The translations under genes and the position numbers were made by a program. From Patescibacteria group bacterium (lineage in GTDB: Bacteria > Patescibacteriota > Minisyncoccia > Phycocordibacterales > SIBU01), in contig JAZJZC010000001.1 of the NCBI GenBank assembly GCA_040390045.1, positions 36,345 to 100,344 of the forward strand: a DNA stretch of 64,000 bases, in the 5' to 3' direction. The notes under the pieces were generated by a model, which had not been told where the DNA came from, ran no database searches, and worked only from the letters and a program-made list of their open reading frames with translations. Positions 47,597-57,221 of this stretch are shown in pieces. Numbering within the stretch: position 1 is the first letter of the stretch; every line of letters begins with the position of its first letter.

Positions 47597-49111
47597 ATGG
47601 CAACTATTAAGGAAATAACCAGCTTAATGCAAAACCCCGCCCCTGCTGATATTGCGCTCATTACTAAAGCGTATGTTTTTGCTGAAACGGTTCATGCAAG
47701 CCAAAGACGCATCACCGGCGAACCCTATTTTGACCATCTTTTTGAAACCGCGAAAACACTTGCTGAGCTCGGCATGGGAGCCATTACGATTTCTGCGGGA
47801 CTGCTCCATGATTCTATTGAAGACGTTAATGTCACACCGGAAACAATTGAAGAAAAATTTGGAAAAGAAATTCGATTTTTAGTTGAAGGCGTCACCAAAC
47901 TTGGAAAACTCCATTACAGCGGTAGCGAACGTTACATTGAAAGTTTGAGAAAACTTTGCGTCGCCATGTCGAAAGATGTTCGTGTGCTCATCATCAAACT
48001 TGCCGATCGACTGCATAACATGAAATCGATTGAGGTACTTCCAAAGGAAAAACGTGATCGCATCTCACTCGAAACTCTCGAAATCTACGCTCCACTTGCC
48101 TACCGCATCGGCATCAGAAAAATCAACCGAGAATTGGAAGATTTGGCATTTCCGCATGTTAAACCGGAAGAATATGAAAAGGTAAAAAAATTATTGAAAA
48201 CCAAAAGCCACGAAAAAGTGCGCCACTTGGAAAAATTTCATAAATCGATAATGAGTCAACTTGCCTTGGCGGGAATGCGAAACGTCAAAACCAGTTACCG
48301 ACTGAAGGGTCTCTACAGTCTCTACCGAAAATTACTTCGCAAAGAATGGGACATAGAAAAAATTTACGACATTTCAGCACTAAGAATTATCGTGCCGACC
48401 GTGAGCGATTGTTATGCCGTTCTCGGTCTCATCCATAGCATTTGGAGACCGCTACCCGGGCGTATCAAGGATTACATCGCTCTGCCAAAATCAAACAATT
48501 ATCGAGGCATTCACACCACCATCTTCACCGGCGACGGTGGCATTCTTGAAGTGCAGATCCGAACTGAAGAAATGCACCGCAAAACTGAATACGGTATGCA
48601 CTTTGAATACAAAGAAATTATCAACAACCCAAAACCAAACTTCGGCAGTATTTCCTGGGTTAAGAAATTTTTCCCTTCGTTTATTTTAACCAACAACGAA
48701 ATCAAAAATGAACAGCAAAATCCGGAAAAAATCGTTCCGTCATGGATTCGAGAATTGGGAGAATACAATAAAGAAGTAGCGGGCACAGACAATCTCGTAG
48801 AAGATTTAAAAACTGACTTTTTCGGCGATCGCGTATTCACCTTCACACCAAAAGGTGACGTGATCGACTTGCCACTTGATTCGAGCACTATCGATTTTGC
48901 CTACGCTGTCCATTCCGACATCGGTGATCACATTTCGGGAGCCAAGGTCAATGGAAAATTGGTCTCGATAGAAACCATATTGAAAAATGGCGATATTGTG
49001 GAAGTTGTTACAAAACAAAGTTCTCGCCCAAGTCTCAAGTGGCTTGAGGTGGCGAAAACTGCGCTAGCAAAAAAGAAAATAAAGGACTATCTTGAGTCGG
49101 AGAAGAAGTAA
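47597..49111 (+). CDS. rel: RelA/SpoT (p)ppGpp synthetase/hydrolase (HD, SYNTH, TGS; no ACT)
   Basis: LLHDSIED, KLADRLHNM, RIKDYI, EVQIRT, DFAYAVH. Confidence 0.92.
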   Translation: MATIKEITSLMQNPAPADIALITKAYVFAETVHASQRRITGEPYFDHLFETAKTLAELGMGAITISAGLLHDSIEDVNVTPETIEEKFGKEIRFLVEGVTKLGKLHYSGSERYIESLRKLCVAMSKDVRVLIIKLADRLHNMKSIEVLPKEKRDRISLETLEIYAPLAYRIGIRKINRELEDLAFPHVKPEEYEKVKKLLKTKSHEKVRHLEKFHKSIMSQLALAGMRNVKTSYRLKGLYSLYRKLLRKEWDIEKIYDISALRIIVPTVSDCYAVLGLIHSIWRPLPGRIKDYIALPKSNNYRGIHTTIFTGDGGILEVQIRTEEMHRKTEYGMHFEYKEIINNPKPNFGSISWVKKFFPSFILTNNEIKNEQQNPEKIVPSWIRELGEYNKEVAGTDNLVEDLKTDFFGDRVFTFTPKGDVIDLPLDSSTIDFAYAVHSDIGDHISGAKVNGKLVSIETILKNGDIVEVVTKQSSRPSLKWLEVAKTALAKKKIKDYLESEKK

Positions 49112-49127
49112 ATACTATCAATCCAGA

Positions 49128-49287
49128 AAAACCTCGGGAATCAGATGCAATTCGAGGCGCGAGCGATTTTGCGACTAAAACGTAGGTCGCGTTTCAATGG
49201 ACGGTACGCGACATGATTCCGACAGAATCAACGTTGCAGGAGCAAAATTGTGAAGCAACGAAGAAGTGCGCTGATTCCCGAGGTTTT
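49128..49287. repeat. ~160-bp palindromic element, copy C
   Basis: 17-bp perfect terminal inverted repeat aaaacctcgggaatcag; core nearly identical to copy A. Confidence 0.85.
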
Positions 49288-50266
49288 AGAGGCTAAAGTT
49301 TTTGAGGGAATATAGACTTTCATCTTCCTCCTCCGCTTTAATTTCCTCCTTACTTCTATCGTCAAGTGGAATTTCCGAGTTTGGCGGAACCGCTTCAGAA
49401 CCATCAGGAGATGCCAACAAAGCCTTGACCGCAAGATTTTTAGAATTCATCAAGTCAACAATAACATTGAGGTCTTCGTCGGAAAAGAAATCAATAGTGA
49501 TCTTGCCGCCAACTTCTTTTTTTTCAATCCTCACTCGAGTTCCCAACGACTCCTTCAATTTAGCTTCAAGCGCCAAAAGTTCAGGATCAACATCGGCATT
49601 GTGTTTGCGAACTTTATCGAGCGCGATTTTGCGAGCAATTTGTTCGGCCTCTCGAACCGTTATTTTTTTGATTAAGACTTCCTTAAAAAGAGTGAGTTGT
49701 TCTTCCGGCCGGCCTTCAAGCATAAGGAGTGGTCGCGTATGTCCTTCAGAAATTTTACCTTCGGAAAGCGCATTGAGCATCTCTTCTGGTAGCGCCAGAA
49801 TTCTCAAAGTATTTGAAACATAGACACGGCTCTTCCCTACCTTGTCACCAATTTCGTTGTGCTTAAATTTAAATTCAGTAGCCAATCTCTGAAAAGCCCG
49901 TGCCCGATCAACAGCATTTAAGTCTTCACGTTGTAAATTTTCAATGATGGCAAGCTCCAACTTCTCACGGTCTGTCTGTTCACTCGAACGAATAATAACT
50001 GGGACCTGATCAAGCCCCGCTAACTTCGACGCACGTAATCTTCGCTCACCTGAAATCAATTCGTACTCAACCAAAAGCCCTCCTTCCTCTTTCATTTTTT
50101 CATGCCGAGTAACCACAAGCGGTTGAAGTACGCCATACATTTTTATCGAATCAGCTAAATCGCGAAGTTTGGCTTCATCGAATTCATGTCGCGGCTGATA
50201 TGGATTTGGATAAATTTTAGTGACGTCTATCCAGAAAATTGAATCGCTAAAAAATTGTGAAGGCAT
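49286..50266 (-). CDS. parB: ParB/Spo0J partition protein
   Basis: NPYQPR, GVLQP, GERRLRA, ENLQREDL. Confidence 0.95.
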   Translation of the reverse strand: MPSQFFSDSIFWIDVTKIYPNPYQPRHEFDEAKLRDLADSIKMYGVLQPLVVTRHEKMKEEGGLLVEYELISGERRLRASKLAGLDQVPVIIRSSEQTDREKLELAIIENLQREDLNAVDRARAFQRLATEFKFKHNEIGDKVGKSRVYVSNTLRILALPEEMLNALSEGKISEGHTRPLLMLEGRPEEQLTLFKEVLIKKITVREAEQIARKIALDKVRKHNADVDPELLALEAKLKESLGTRVRIEKKEVGGKITIDFFSDEDLNVIVDLMNSKNLAVKALLASPDGSEAVPPNSEIPLDDRSKEEIKAEEEDESLYSLKNFSL

Positions 50267-50379
50267 TGAAAATGTAAATATTAAAAGGAAAACTTAAAAA
50301 GTCTTACGGATATAATAACACACAACGTTGGGCCCTAAAATTGATTTTTGTGCATAATTTTATTAGACTGTAGGTTCAT

Positions 50380-50461
50380 GCCGGAGTGGCGGAATTGGTA
50401 TACGCATACGACTCAAAATCGTACGGGGAAACCCATGAGAGTTCAAGTCTCTCCTCCGGCA
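50380..50461 (+). tRNA. tRNA-Leu(CAA)
   Basis: Cloverleaf with variable arm; TACGA-CT-CAA-AA-TCGTA. Confidence 0.95.
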
Positions 50462-50610
50462 CAATTTCTTGGAAATTGTGTGGAGAGGAAGTGTGGGACA
50501 CTTCCGTGAGAGACTTGAAGCCCGATTGCGCTTTTTATGGAGCGTCTGCGCGAACAGAAAAACCAATCGGGGTACTGTTCCTGTAAGGAAAAAGTCTCTC
50601 CTCGAATGCG
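50462..50610 (+). ncRNA. Structured tRNA 3' trailer element (candidate ncRNA motif)
   Basis: Antisense T-arm gagagacttgaa at 50508; GTACTG-TTCC-TGTAA-GGAA at 50572; homologous to the tRNA-Tyr trailer. Confidence 0.65.
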
Positions 50611-50667
50611 AGAACTAATCGTTAAATTTCGTTTGTAATATCGTGCCCACCGTGTTAATTTCTTGCC

Positions 50668-51582
50668 ATGAACCCCAAACTCATCGTGATTCTCGGCCCA
50701 ACCGCTACAGGTAAAAGTGCGTTGGCTGTCAGTATAGCTAAAAAAAATCATGGCGAAATAATTTCCGCCGACTCGCGACAAGTCTACACGGGGTTAAATA
50801 TCGGCACCGGAAAAATCACAAAAAAAGAAATGGACGGAGTGCCACATCACCTCATTGATGTGGTGACACCTGATACACGATTTAGTGTAGAAGAGTTTGG
50901 AAAGCTGGCCCGGGAAAAAATTTCAGAAATTTTTTCCCGGGGAAACCTCCCCATCCTCTGCGGAGGCACTGGCTTTTATATTGAAGCCATAACCGAAAAC
51001 ATCAGCCTGCCAAGAGTTTCACCCAATGAAGTCTTGCGAGAAAAGTTAAAAACCGAAACCGCTGAAACCCTGTTTGCACAGCTTCTGAAACTCGATCCGG
51101 CCCGCGCCAAATCAATCGACCCTAAAAATTCCCGCCGAATTATCCGAGCTATCGAAATTGCTACTGCAATCGGAAAAGTTCCACCATTAAATCTTAACCG
51201 TTCAGACACAAAGGTCGAACCTTTGTACGAAACTCTCAAAATCGGTTTGACACTGCCCCCAGAAAAATTGAGAAAGAAAATTACCATTCGCCTATTCGCA
51301 CGAATGGACGAAGGAATGATTGGGGAAGCAAAATCCTTGCATCAGCAAGGCATCTCGTGGGAAAGAATGGATGAGCTGGGTCTTGAATATCGCTATCTCG
51401 CAAAATATCTCAAGGGTGATATGACTGAACCTGAAATGTTAAAAAAACTGGAAACTGAAATCTGGCGTTACGCCAAGCGTCAGATGACGTGGTTTAAACG
51501 AGACAAATCAATTCAATGGTTTAAGCCGAACGACGAACGTAAAATAGAAAGCGTAGTTAAAAATTTCCTAATCAACAAATAA
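50668..51582 (+). CDS. miaA: tRNA dimethylallyltransferase
   Basis: GPTATGKS, SADSRQVY, GGTGFY, YAKRQMTW. Confidence 0.97.
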   Translation: MNPKLIVILGPTATGKSALAVSIAKKNHGEIISADSRQVYTGLNIGTGKITKKEMDGVPHHLIDVVTPDTRFSVEEFGKLAREKISEIFSRGNLPILCGGTGFYIEAITENISLPRVSPNEVLREKLKTETAETLFAQLLKLDPARAKSIDPKNSRRIIRAIEIATAIGKVPPLNLNRSDTKVEPLYETLKIGLTLPPEKLRKKITIRLFARMDEGMIGEAKSLHQQGISWERMDELGLEYRYLAKYLKGDMTEPEMLKKLETEIWRYAKRQMTWFKRDKSIQWFKPNDERKIESVVKNFLINK

Positions 51583-51610
51583 AATAAATCTCCTTCTCAG
51601 TATCCAGATA

Positions 51611-51642
51611 CTATTCTCTAATTCGCGCGAATTAGAGAATAG
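51611..51642. promoter_or_regulatory. 32-bp perfect palindrome at the ArsR gene 3' end
   Basis: ctattctctaattcgc/gcgaattagagaatag. Confidence 0.7.
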
Positions 51643-51892
51643 AAATAAGATATTTAATAATTGGTGGTAGTGGGTTAGAAATTTTGTAAAACATTTGCAA
51701 ACGAACCTGCTCTTTTTCAAGAATCTCTGACGCGTACAAGATCTGTAAATGTTTAGAGGTAGACGTAAAGGATAGTTTGATATTTTCTGAAATCTCACCC
51801 ACTGAAGCTGCTTTTTTCTTCTTAAGAAAAACTAAAATCGCGAGCCTTCGTTTATTTGCAACTGCCTTAAGTTGTTTTTCAAGTTTATACAT
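51632..51892 (-). CDS. ArsR/SmtB family transcriptional regulator
   Basis: KAVANKRRLAIL, SVGEIS, STSKHLQIL. Confidence 0.88.
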   Translation of the reverse strand: MYKLEKQLKAVANKRRLAILVFLKKKKAASVGEISENIKLSFTSTSKHLQILYASEILEKEQVRLQMFYKISNPLPPIIKYLISIL

Positions 51893-51894
51893 TT

Positions 51895-51926
51895 TACTAT
51901 TTTCTAATTCGCGCGAATTAGCAAGT
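51895..51926. promoter_or_regulatory. Second palindrome copy directly upstream of the ArsR start (candidate operator)
   Basis: tactattttctaattcgcgcgaattagcaagta. Confidence 0.7.
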
Positions 51927-51948
51927 AAACAGCTCTTTGGTATAGATG

Positions 51949-52019
51949 CGGGAGATGGAGGAATCGGACCTCCGACCAGCGTTTTGGAGACGCTTATTAT
52001 GCCACTTAACTAATCTCCC
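51949..52019 (-). tRNA. tRNA-Trp(CCA)
   Basis: AGCGT-CT-CCA-AA-ACGCT; acceptor GGGAGAT/ATCTCCC; T-loop TCCGATT. Confidence 0.9.
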
Positions 52020-52121
52020 GTGAAAGAAATATAGCACAAAAGTGACGAGTCGCCAAAATGAGCAGACTATTCTAAATTTTTAAAAATAAAAATCCGCGTT
52101 TAGGCGGATTTCTATTTTGAA

Positions 52122-52280
52122 TTATTTCTTTGCCTCTTTATGAGGAAGATGTTTCTTACACCACTTACACCACTTCTTGAGCTCAATTTTACGCTCAACA
52201 AGCTTCTTATTTTTTTCAGACCAATAGTTGGTGCGTTTGCACTTGGAACAATTCAGTTTAATTAAGCGTTCTTGGGACAT
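52122..52280 (-). CDS. rpmG: 50S ribosomal protein L33 (zinc-binding form)
   Basis: Manual translation MSQERLIKLNCSKCKRTNYWSEKNKKLVERKIELKKWCKWCKKHLPHKEAKK. Confidence 0.95.
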   Translation of the reverse strand: MSQERLIKLNCSKCKRTNYWSEKNKKLVERKIELKKWCKWCKKHLPHKEAKK

Positions 52281-52454
52281 AAATGGTTTTTAGCACTAAA
52301 AATATGAATAGGAGAAGGATACCAGAAATAGAAAAAAAGGCAACTTTTCTGTGACAATCTGTCCGCCGCGGCGGATTCCGCTTGGTTTTCCATACAAGAA
52401 AAAACCGCTCCGATTTGCATCGGAGCGGGGTGTAAACTTTGGTACGCGTCTCCT

Positions 52455-53348
52455 TTAAAGGCCCACACGCTTAAACTTCGGGAAAGTCCCCTCCGGCCAC
52501 CCAAAGGTGACGTAGTAGTTCCCTTGTGGAAAACTAAAAACCTCTTGTGCCGGGTCTGGCGGTCCGAGAGGAATCGAGCCTGACCACTTTTTTCCCACTC
52601 CCGCCACCCGCCACTGGAAACTTGTGGCAACGGCCACGATTTCACCTTGCCGATTGAGCATTGTTGCCCGAAGCACAAGTGTTCGTTCCTGCGACAGTGC
52701 GAGTGTGAGAAGCGGCGAATTTTCTTCGCCTTGCCAGACCGACGCCCCGAACCCAGCGATATCGCCAGTTGGAATACCTTCGTCCGAACTTACAACAACG
52801 CCGCGAATGTGAGAGGGGAAGTTTTGCTTTACGAGCATCACCTGCCCTCGCCGTTCAGGGGGATTAATTGGAAAACCATTTCCCCCTCCTCCCCCACCGC
52901 CATCGAAATTTGGCACGAGGGATCGGAAGCTAGAGAGCCGGAGCTCTCCCTGTTGCATCGGCATTTGCCAACCCGACCACGGATTGAACTCGGGACGGTA
53001 GGTATGATTGCCGTCAAAGACTGCGCGCCCGAAGCAGTCCCGAAGAGCGGTGTCGATAGTGACGCCGTTGTCCGCAGGTTTGATAATCAGGAAGTTTAAA
53101 ATTTGGATGTTAAGGTGATTTAAAACCTCAACACCACCCTGATTACCGCTGACGTGCGCGAATGTCCCACCACCCCGGAAGGGTTTGACCGCCGGCCCGT
53201 AGGCTTGGATGCTTCCGGAGACGACAGTGTCCAGAGCGGCGGCCGCGGCCTCCGCATACAGCATCTGCCTAGTGGGCAGACCAACGATTTGGGCCGTGGC
53301 GGTGGCGGTGAAGGCGAGCAAGCTCGCAACGAAACAGAGTATTTTCAT
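52455..53348 (-). CDS. Secreted hypothetical protein (GC-rich ORFan)
   Basis: Signal peptide MKILCFVASLLAFTATATA; poly-Gly linker; own promoter and terminator. Confidence 0.75.
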   Translation of the reverse strand: MKILCFVASLLAFTATATAQIVGLPTRQMLYAEAAAAALDTVVSGSIQAYGPAVKPFRGGGTFAHVSGNQGGVEVLNHLNIQILNFLIIKPADNGVTIDTALRDCFGRAVFDGNHTYRPEFNPWSGWQMPMQQGELRLSSFRSLVPNFDGGGGGGGNGFPINPPERRGQVMLVKQNFPSHIRGVVVSSDEGIPTGDIAGFGASVWQGEENSPLLTLALSQERTLVLRATMLNRQGEIVAVATSFQWRVAGVGKKWSGSIPLGPPDPAQEVFSFPQGNYYVTFGWPEGTFPKFKRVGL

Positions 53349-53483
53349 AACTGAGTAAACTGACTAACTGATTGAATGTCGAAGGCCAATCAAAAACGCT
53401 CGAACAGCAAGCGTTTATCAGACCAAGCCATACTATACACTAATTTGACAAGATGTCAAATATATTCTATGGCTAAATAAAAG

Positions 53484-54725
53484 TTACTGACCTAGTTCTT
53501 TAACAAAATTTTGGAATAATTCCCCTTTCTCCTCAAAGTTCCTCCACAAACTATAGCTTGGTGAGGCGGTCGAGAGCAGGCAGATAGTGCCTTTGGGAGT
53601 ATTATCATACGCAAAAACCAACGCCATTTTCATGTCGTCAGTGGCAAAAATTTTCGGCACACTCAAACCCATTTCAGTTGAAACTTTTTTAAGCGCCTTT
53701 AGTATTCGTGCCCCGCTTTCTGGAAACAAAACTACCGCGCCGATTCCCTTTTCAAAAATTTTCTGCGCTAGCAAATCAAAATTGTATCCCCTATCCGTTC
53801 CGCCAAGAAAAATAGTACCTACGTGTGACAAGGCTTCGATACCGGCGATGGTTGATTCAGGCGTCGTCGAAATAGCATCATCATAAAACGTAATACCTTT
53901 GAAAGTTCCAACTTTTTCAAGTCGGTGTGGAAGAGGTTTAAATTCACGAACAGCTTTTTCAATAACTGCGTCATTAACGCCGAGAATCCGCGCGGCCGCG
54001 GCGGCCGCGCGGACATTATCCACATTATGCTTCCCCAAAAGCGGAATTATTTCTGAAACAAAGGGCAACTTTTCCATGAAAGGCACCGCCACACCTCGCC
54101 CTTCTTTTGCCAACTTCTTTAGCTCTTCAAAATCTGAGTTGTAGACAAAATAATCTTTTTCCGTTTGAAAAGAAATAATATTTTTCTTAGCACTCCAATA
54201 ATTTTCAAGCCCACCATGGTAATCCAAATGATCTGGGAAAAAGTTAATGAAAACCGCAACATGGGGTGAGAGCCGCAAATCTTCGAGTTGATAACTCGAC
54301 AATTCACAAACATAGATTCTGTCTTTAGGCTCTTCAATCAAAAGTTCATTGAGCATTGGTATCCCAATATTGCCCACGAGCCTCACATCTTTGCCATCAA
54401 CCTTCAGCATTTCGAAAATAAGAGAAGTCGTTGTACTTTTACCTTTAGTCCCGGTGACGCCAACAACTTTGCATTTCGTATTGGCGAAAAAAATATTAGT
54501 GGCCGTAGTATATTTCTGCGAAACTTTTCCTCCAGGAATTCCCGCGGTTTTTACAACCAGATCGTAGTCTTTCAATTTTTCAAGATAGTCTGGCCCATCT
54601 TTCTGATCAACAATGCCGATTTCTTTTTCAGGAAAAAAATGCTTTAGAAAACGAAGTGTCGCCTGCCCTTCGACTCCAAAACCTAAAATAGCTATTTTTT
54701 TATCTCTCAGTTCTGAAATTTTCAT
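53484..54725 (-). CDS. murD: MurD-family ligase, likely MurD2 (L-Glu adding)
   Basis: GVTGTKGKSTT, ELSSYQL, DHLDYH, DDAISTT; ATGA-coupled to murL. Confidence 0.9.
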   Translation of the reverse strand: MKISELRDKKIAILGFGVEGQATLRFLKHFFPEKEIGIVDQKDGPDYLEKLKDYDLVVKTAGIPGGKVSQKYTTATNIFFANTKCKVVGVTGTKGKSTTTSLIFEMLKVDGKDVRLVGNIGIPMLNELLIEEPKDRIYVCELSSYQLEDLRLSPHVAVFINFFPDHLDYHGGLENYWSAKKNIISFQTEKDYFVYNSDFEELKKLAKEGRGVAVPFMEKLPFVSEIIPLLGKHNVDNVRAAAAAARILGVNDAVIEKAVREFKPLPHRLEKVGTFKGITFYDDAISTTPESTIAGIEALSHVGTIFLGGTDRGYNFDLLAQKIFEKGIGAVVLFPESGARILKALKKVSTEMGLSVPKIFATDDMKMALVFAYDNTPKGTICLLSTASPSYSLWRNFEEKGELFQNFVKELGQ

Positions 54726-56038
54726 AGGCAATGGTTAAAATCCGCAGGAAGTAATGAAGTAGCGTTTTTTTCGAGCAACGTTTCGCGACTCATTTTAATT
54801 TCTGGAAAAACTTTTTCAAAATGTGCAACAAACTCATGCATAATCACATCCCCCTCATAGCCACCTTTTTGTCGAGCTAAATAAAAGGCCAATTGGGTTT
54901 CTTCAGGTGTTCCAACGCAATCAAAAGGTTTAATCTCCTCGAGCCCCAAAAGTTCTCGATAGGTTTTCTGTAAAGACTTTTCGGCGAAAAGATTTTTTCC
55001 GAAAATCTTTAGAACTTCTGCCTTCGGCACAAACGCTGAGAGCAAAGCAAAAACAAACGCGCACTTTGGACACTCGCCACACCAGAGCCCGTGTTCTGTT
55101 TTCTCAATTTTAAAATTCTTATTACAACTGGAAAAACTTTCAAAATAGTGTGGATACTTTGAAAAAAATTCAACAATTTTTATTTCATGAAATGCGCGGA
55201 TAAAAGAAAAATAGATAATAGACGGCGTTACAAAATTCGCCAAATATTGCTGAAGCATTTTTTCAAACTCATGTGATTTACTCCACTGGTGATTGATGTA
55301 TTCGCCCAAATATTCCATGTTGCCATAGTTGGCACTCTCTTCATTTGAAATTAACACAGAATCGTAGCCATATAGGAGTGCAGCCAAAACAGCCGTCGTT
55401 GAATAGATACAGGAAATTGGTACATGGCCGTTGTAAACATCTGTACGCTGGTTAAGTTCAAACAATTGCGGATCAATCTCACGCCTTACAATCAAAAGAC
55501 TTTTTCCTGCAATCCCTGCAACTTTTTTCTGAATCTCATATTCATTTAGTGAAAACAGGTCAAATTCTTTCCCACAACTTTTTAATAACTCAGTCGTCAC
55601 AATTGAATCCTTACCGCCGCCCCAGAGCACAAGAGATTTCCCCACTTTTGGCAAAACCTCTACCTTTTGTTTTTGTACGTCACTAACTGGAAAATTAACC
55701 AGACCTCGAAAATCAATGTTGTTTTTATAAAAAAATTCGCCCAACCCCTTCGTATAGACTGTGTTCCAAAACTTGGCCTGTTCAGGAGAAAGTTTGATGG
55801 TTTCTAACTTTATTTCCTTCGAACAAAAAAGTTTCCAGTAACTGATACCTAAAATCAAGAACAGCGTGTCAAAAGCGGCTGTCAAAACGGCTTCAGGTGC
55901 TCGTGTGAAATCCGCACGAGCTGGATCGAAAGATATTTTTTCCACAAAAGAAAACTGCTCGTCATCGTGAACGAGTTCATACGTAAAATGCACGGTCGCC
56001 GCCTCCCTATTGATTTTGTAGCTTTTGAAGGTAAACAT
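54722..56038 (-). CDS. murL: UDP-MurNAc-L-Ala-L-Glu epimerase MurL
   Basis: GGGKDS, NGHVP, SNEESA, NHQWSKS, SSCNKNF, WCGECPKC, KPFDCVG. Confidence 0.85.
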   Translation of the reverse strand: MFTFKSYKINREAATVHFTYELVHDDEQFSFVEKISFDPARADFTRAPEAVLTAAFDTLFLILGISYWKLFCSKEIKLETIKLSPEQAKFWNTVYTKGLGEFFYKNNIDFRGLVNFPVSDVQKQKVEVLPKVGKSLVLWGGGKDSIVTTELLKSCGKEFDLFSLNEYEIQKKVAGIAGKSLLIVRREIDPQLFELNQRTDVYNGHVPISCIYSTTAVLAALLYGYDSVLISNEESANYGNMEYLGEYINHQWSKSHEFEKMLQQYLANFVTPSIIYFSFIRAFHEIKIVEFFSKYPHYFESFSSCNKNFKIEKTEHGLWCGECPKCAFVFALLSAFVPKAEVLKIFGKNLFAEKSLQKTYRELLGLEEIKPFDCVGTPEETQLAFYLARQKGGYEGDVIMHEFVAHFEKVFPEIKMSRETLLEKNATSLLPADFNHCL

Positions 56039-56072
56039 GCCTTGAGTAAACGTTATGGTATCATATTATTCA

Positions 56073-57215
56073 ATGTTAAAAAGTCTGTTTCAAAAATGGC
56101 GTCACTGGCGTTTTCCCTACATTCCACTTGTCGAAATTACGATAAACATGAGTCGGCTGTTGGGAAATTTACAAACCTTTCAAAAAATTGACCCACGTGT
56201 AGCCATCGCTCCGGTACTGAAAAGTAACGCGTACGGACACGGACTCGCCCTCGTTGCCAAAATTTTAGACACCCAAAATTTGCCGTTTTTAATTGTGGAT
56301 TCCTACTACGAAGCGGTGATATTACGAAATGAGAAAATTCGAACACCTATTCTTATTATCGGCTATACGCTCATTGAAAATATTTTAAAAAATAAACTTA
56401 AAAACGTTGCCTTTACAATCGTGAGTATCGAGCAACTCGAAGAAATTTCCAAAAATTTGAAGACACCGACAGATTTTCATCTCAAAATTGATACCAACAT
56501 GCACCGCCACGGCATACCACCTGAGCAGTGCCAAAAAGCGATGTCGCTCATTCGTGCGAATGGTTCTTTACACCTTTCCGGAATTTGTTCGCACTTAGCT
56601 GATTCTGATAGCACCACAAAAGAGTTTACGGAAAACCAAATTAAAATTTGGAACAGCCTAACTGAGGATTGGAAAAAGGAATTTCCAAATATCAAATACT
56701 TTCATCTCTCAAACACCGCAGGATTTTCCTATTCAAAAAATATTCATGCGAACATGGCTCGTCTTGGCATTGGATTGTACGGCATTGATCCAAGTGCCGA
56801 TCAGCGTTTCAGCGACTTACAGCCAGTGCTTGAAATGAAAACTTTGATTAGCGGCGCCAAGGATTTAAAAAGGGGAGAAAAAGTCGGTTACGGAGCAACG
56901 TTTGAAGCGACGAAAAATATGCGCATCGCTACCATTCCCGCAGGATATTACGAAGGTATTGATCGCCAACTTTCAAATTGCGGTTTTGTTAAAATAGAAA
57001 ATACCTTTTGTCCGATTGTGGGCCGAGTGAGCATGAACATTGCCACCATTGATGTGACAAATGTTCCACACGCTACCATTAATACATCCGTCACCGTTAT
57101 TAGCAAAATACCTTCTGACAAAAACTCGATTCAAAATAACGCAAAACTAGTCGAAAAAATCCCATACGATTTAATGGTTCATATCCCGCAAACATTGAGA
57201 AGACGAGTGGTCTAG
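56073..57215 (+). CDS. alr: Alanine racemase
   Basis: VLKSNAYGHG, HLKIDT, GYYEG, GRVSM. Confidence 0.95.
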   Translation: MLKSLFQKWRHWRFPYIPLVEITINMSRLLGNLQTFQKIDPRVAIAPVLKSNAYGHGLALVAKILDTQNLPFLIVDSYYEAVILRNEKIRTPILIIGYTLIENILKNKLKNVAFTIVSIEQLEEISKNLKTPTDFHLKIDTNMHRHGIPPEQCQKAMSLIRANGSLHLSGICSHLADSDSTTKEFTENQIKIWNSLTEDWKKEFPNIKYFHLSNTAGFSYSKNIHANMARLGIGLYGIDPSADQRFSDLQPVLEMKTLISGAKDLKRGEKVGYGATFEATKNMRIATIPAGYYEGIDRQLSNCGFVKIENTFCPIVGRVSMNIATIDVTNVPHATINTSVTVISKIPSDKNSIQNNAKLVEKIPYDLMVHIPQTLRRRVV

Positions 57216-57221
57216 CTTCTT

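Noticed and set aside
50508-50600. Hammerhead or HDV-like (theta) ribozyme in the tRNA trailer
   Set aside because: No CUGANGA/GAAA core on either strand, and no nested double pseudoknot could be built by eye; left unclassified
53390-53431. uORF MAWSDKRLLFERF before the secreted ORFan
   Set aside because: Its ATG abuts the predicted -10 box, so it is unlikely to be transcribed; only a simple hairpin remains
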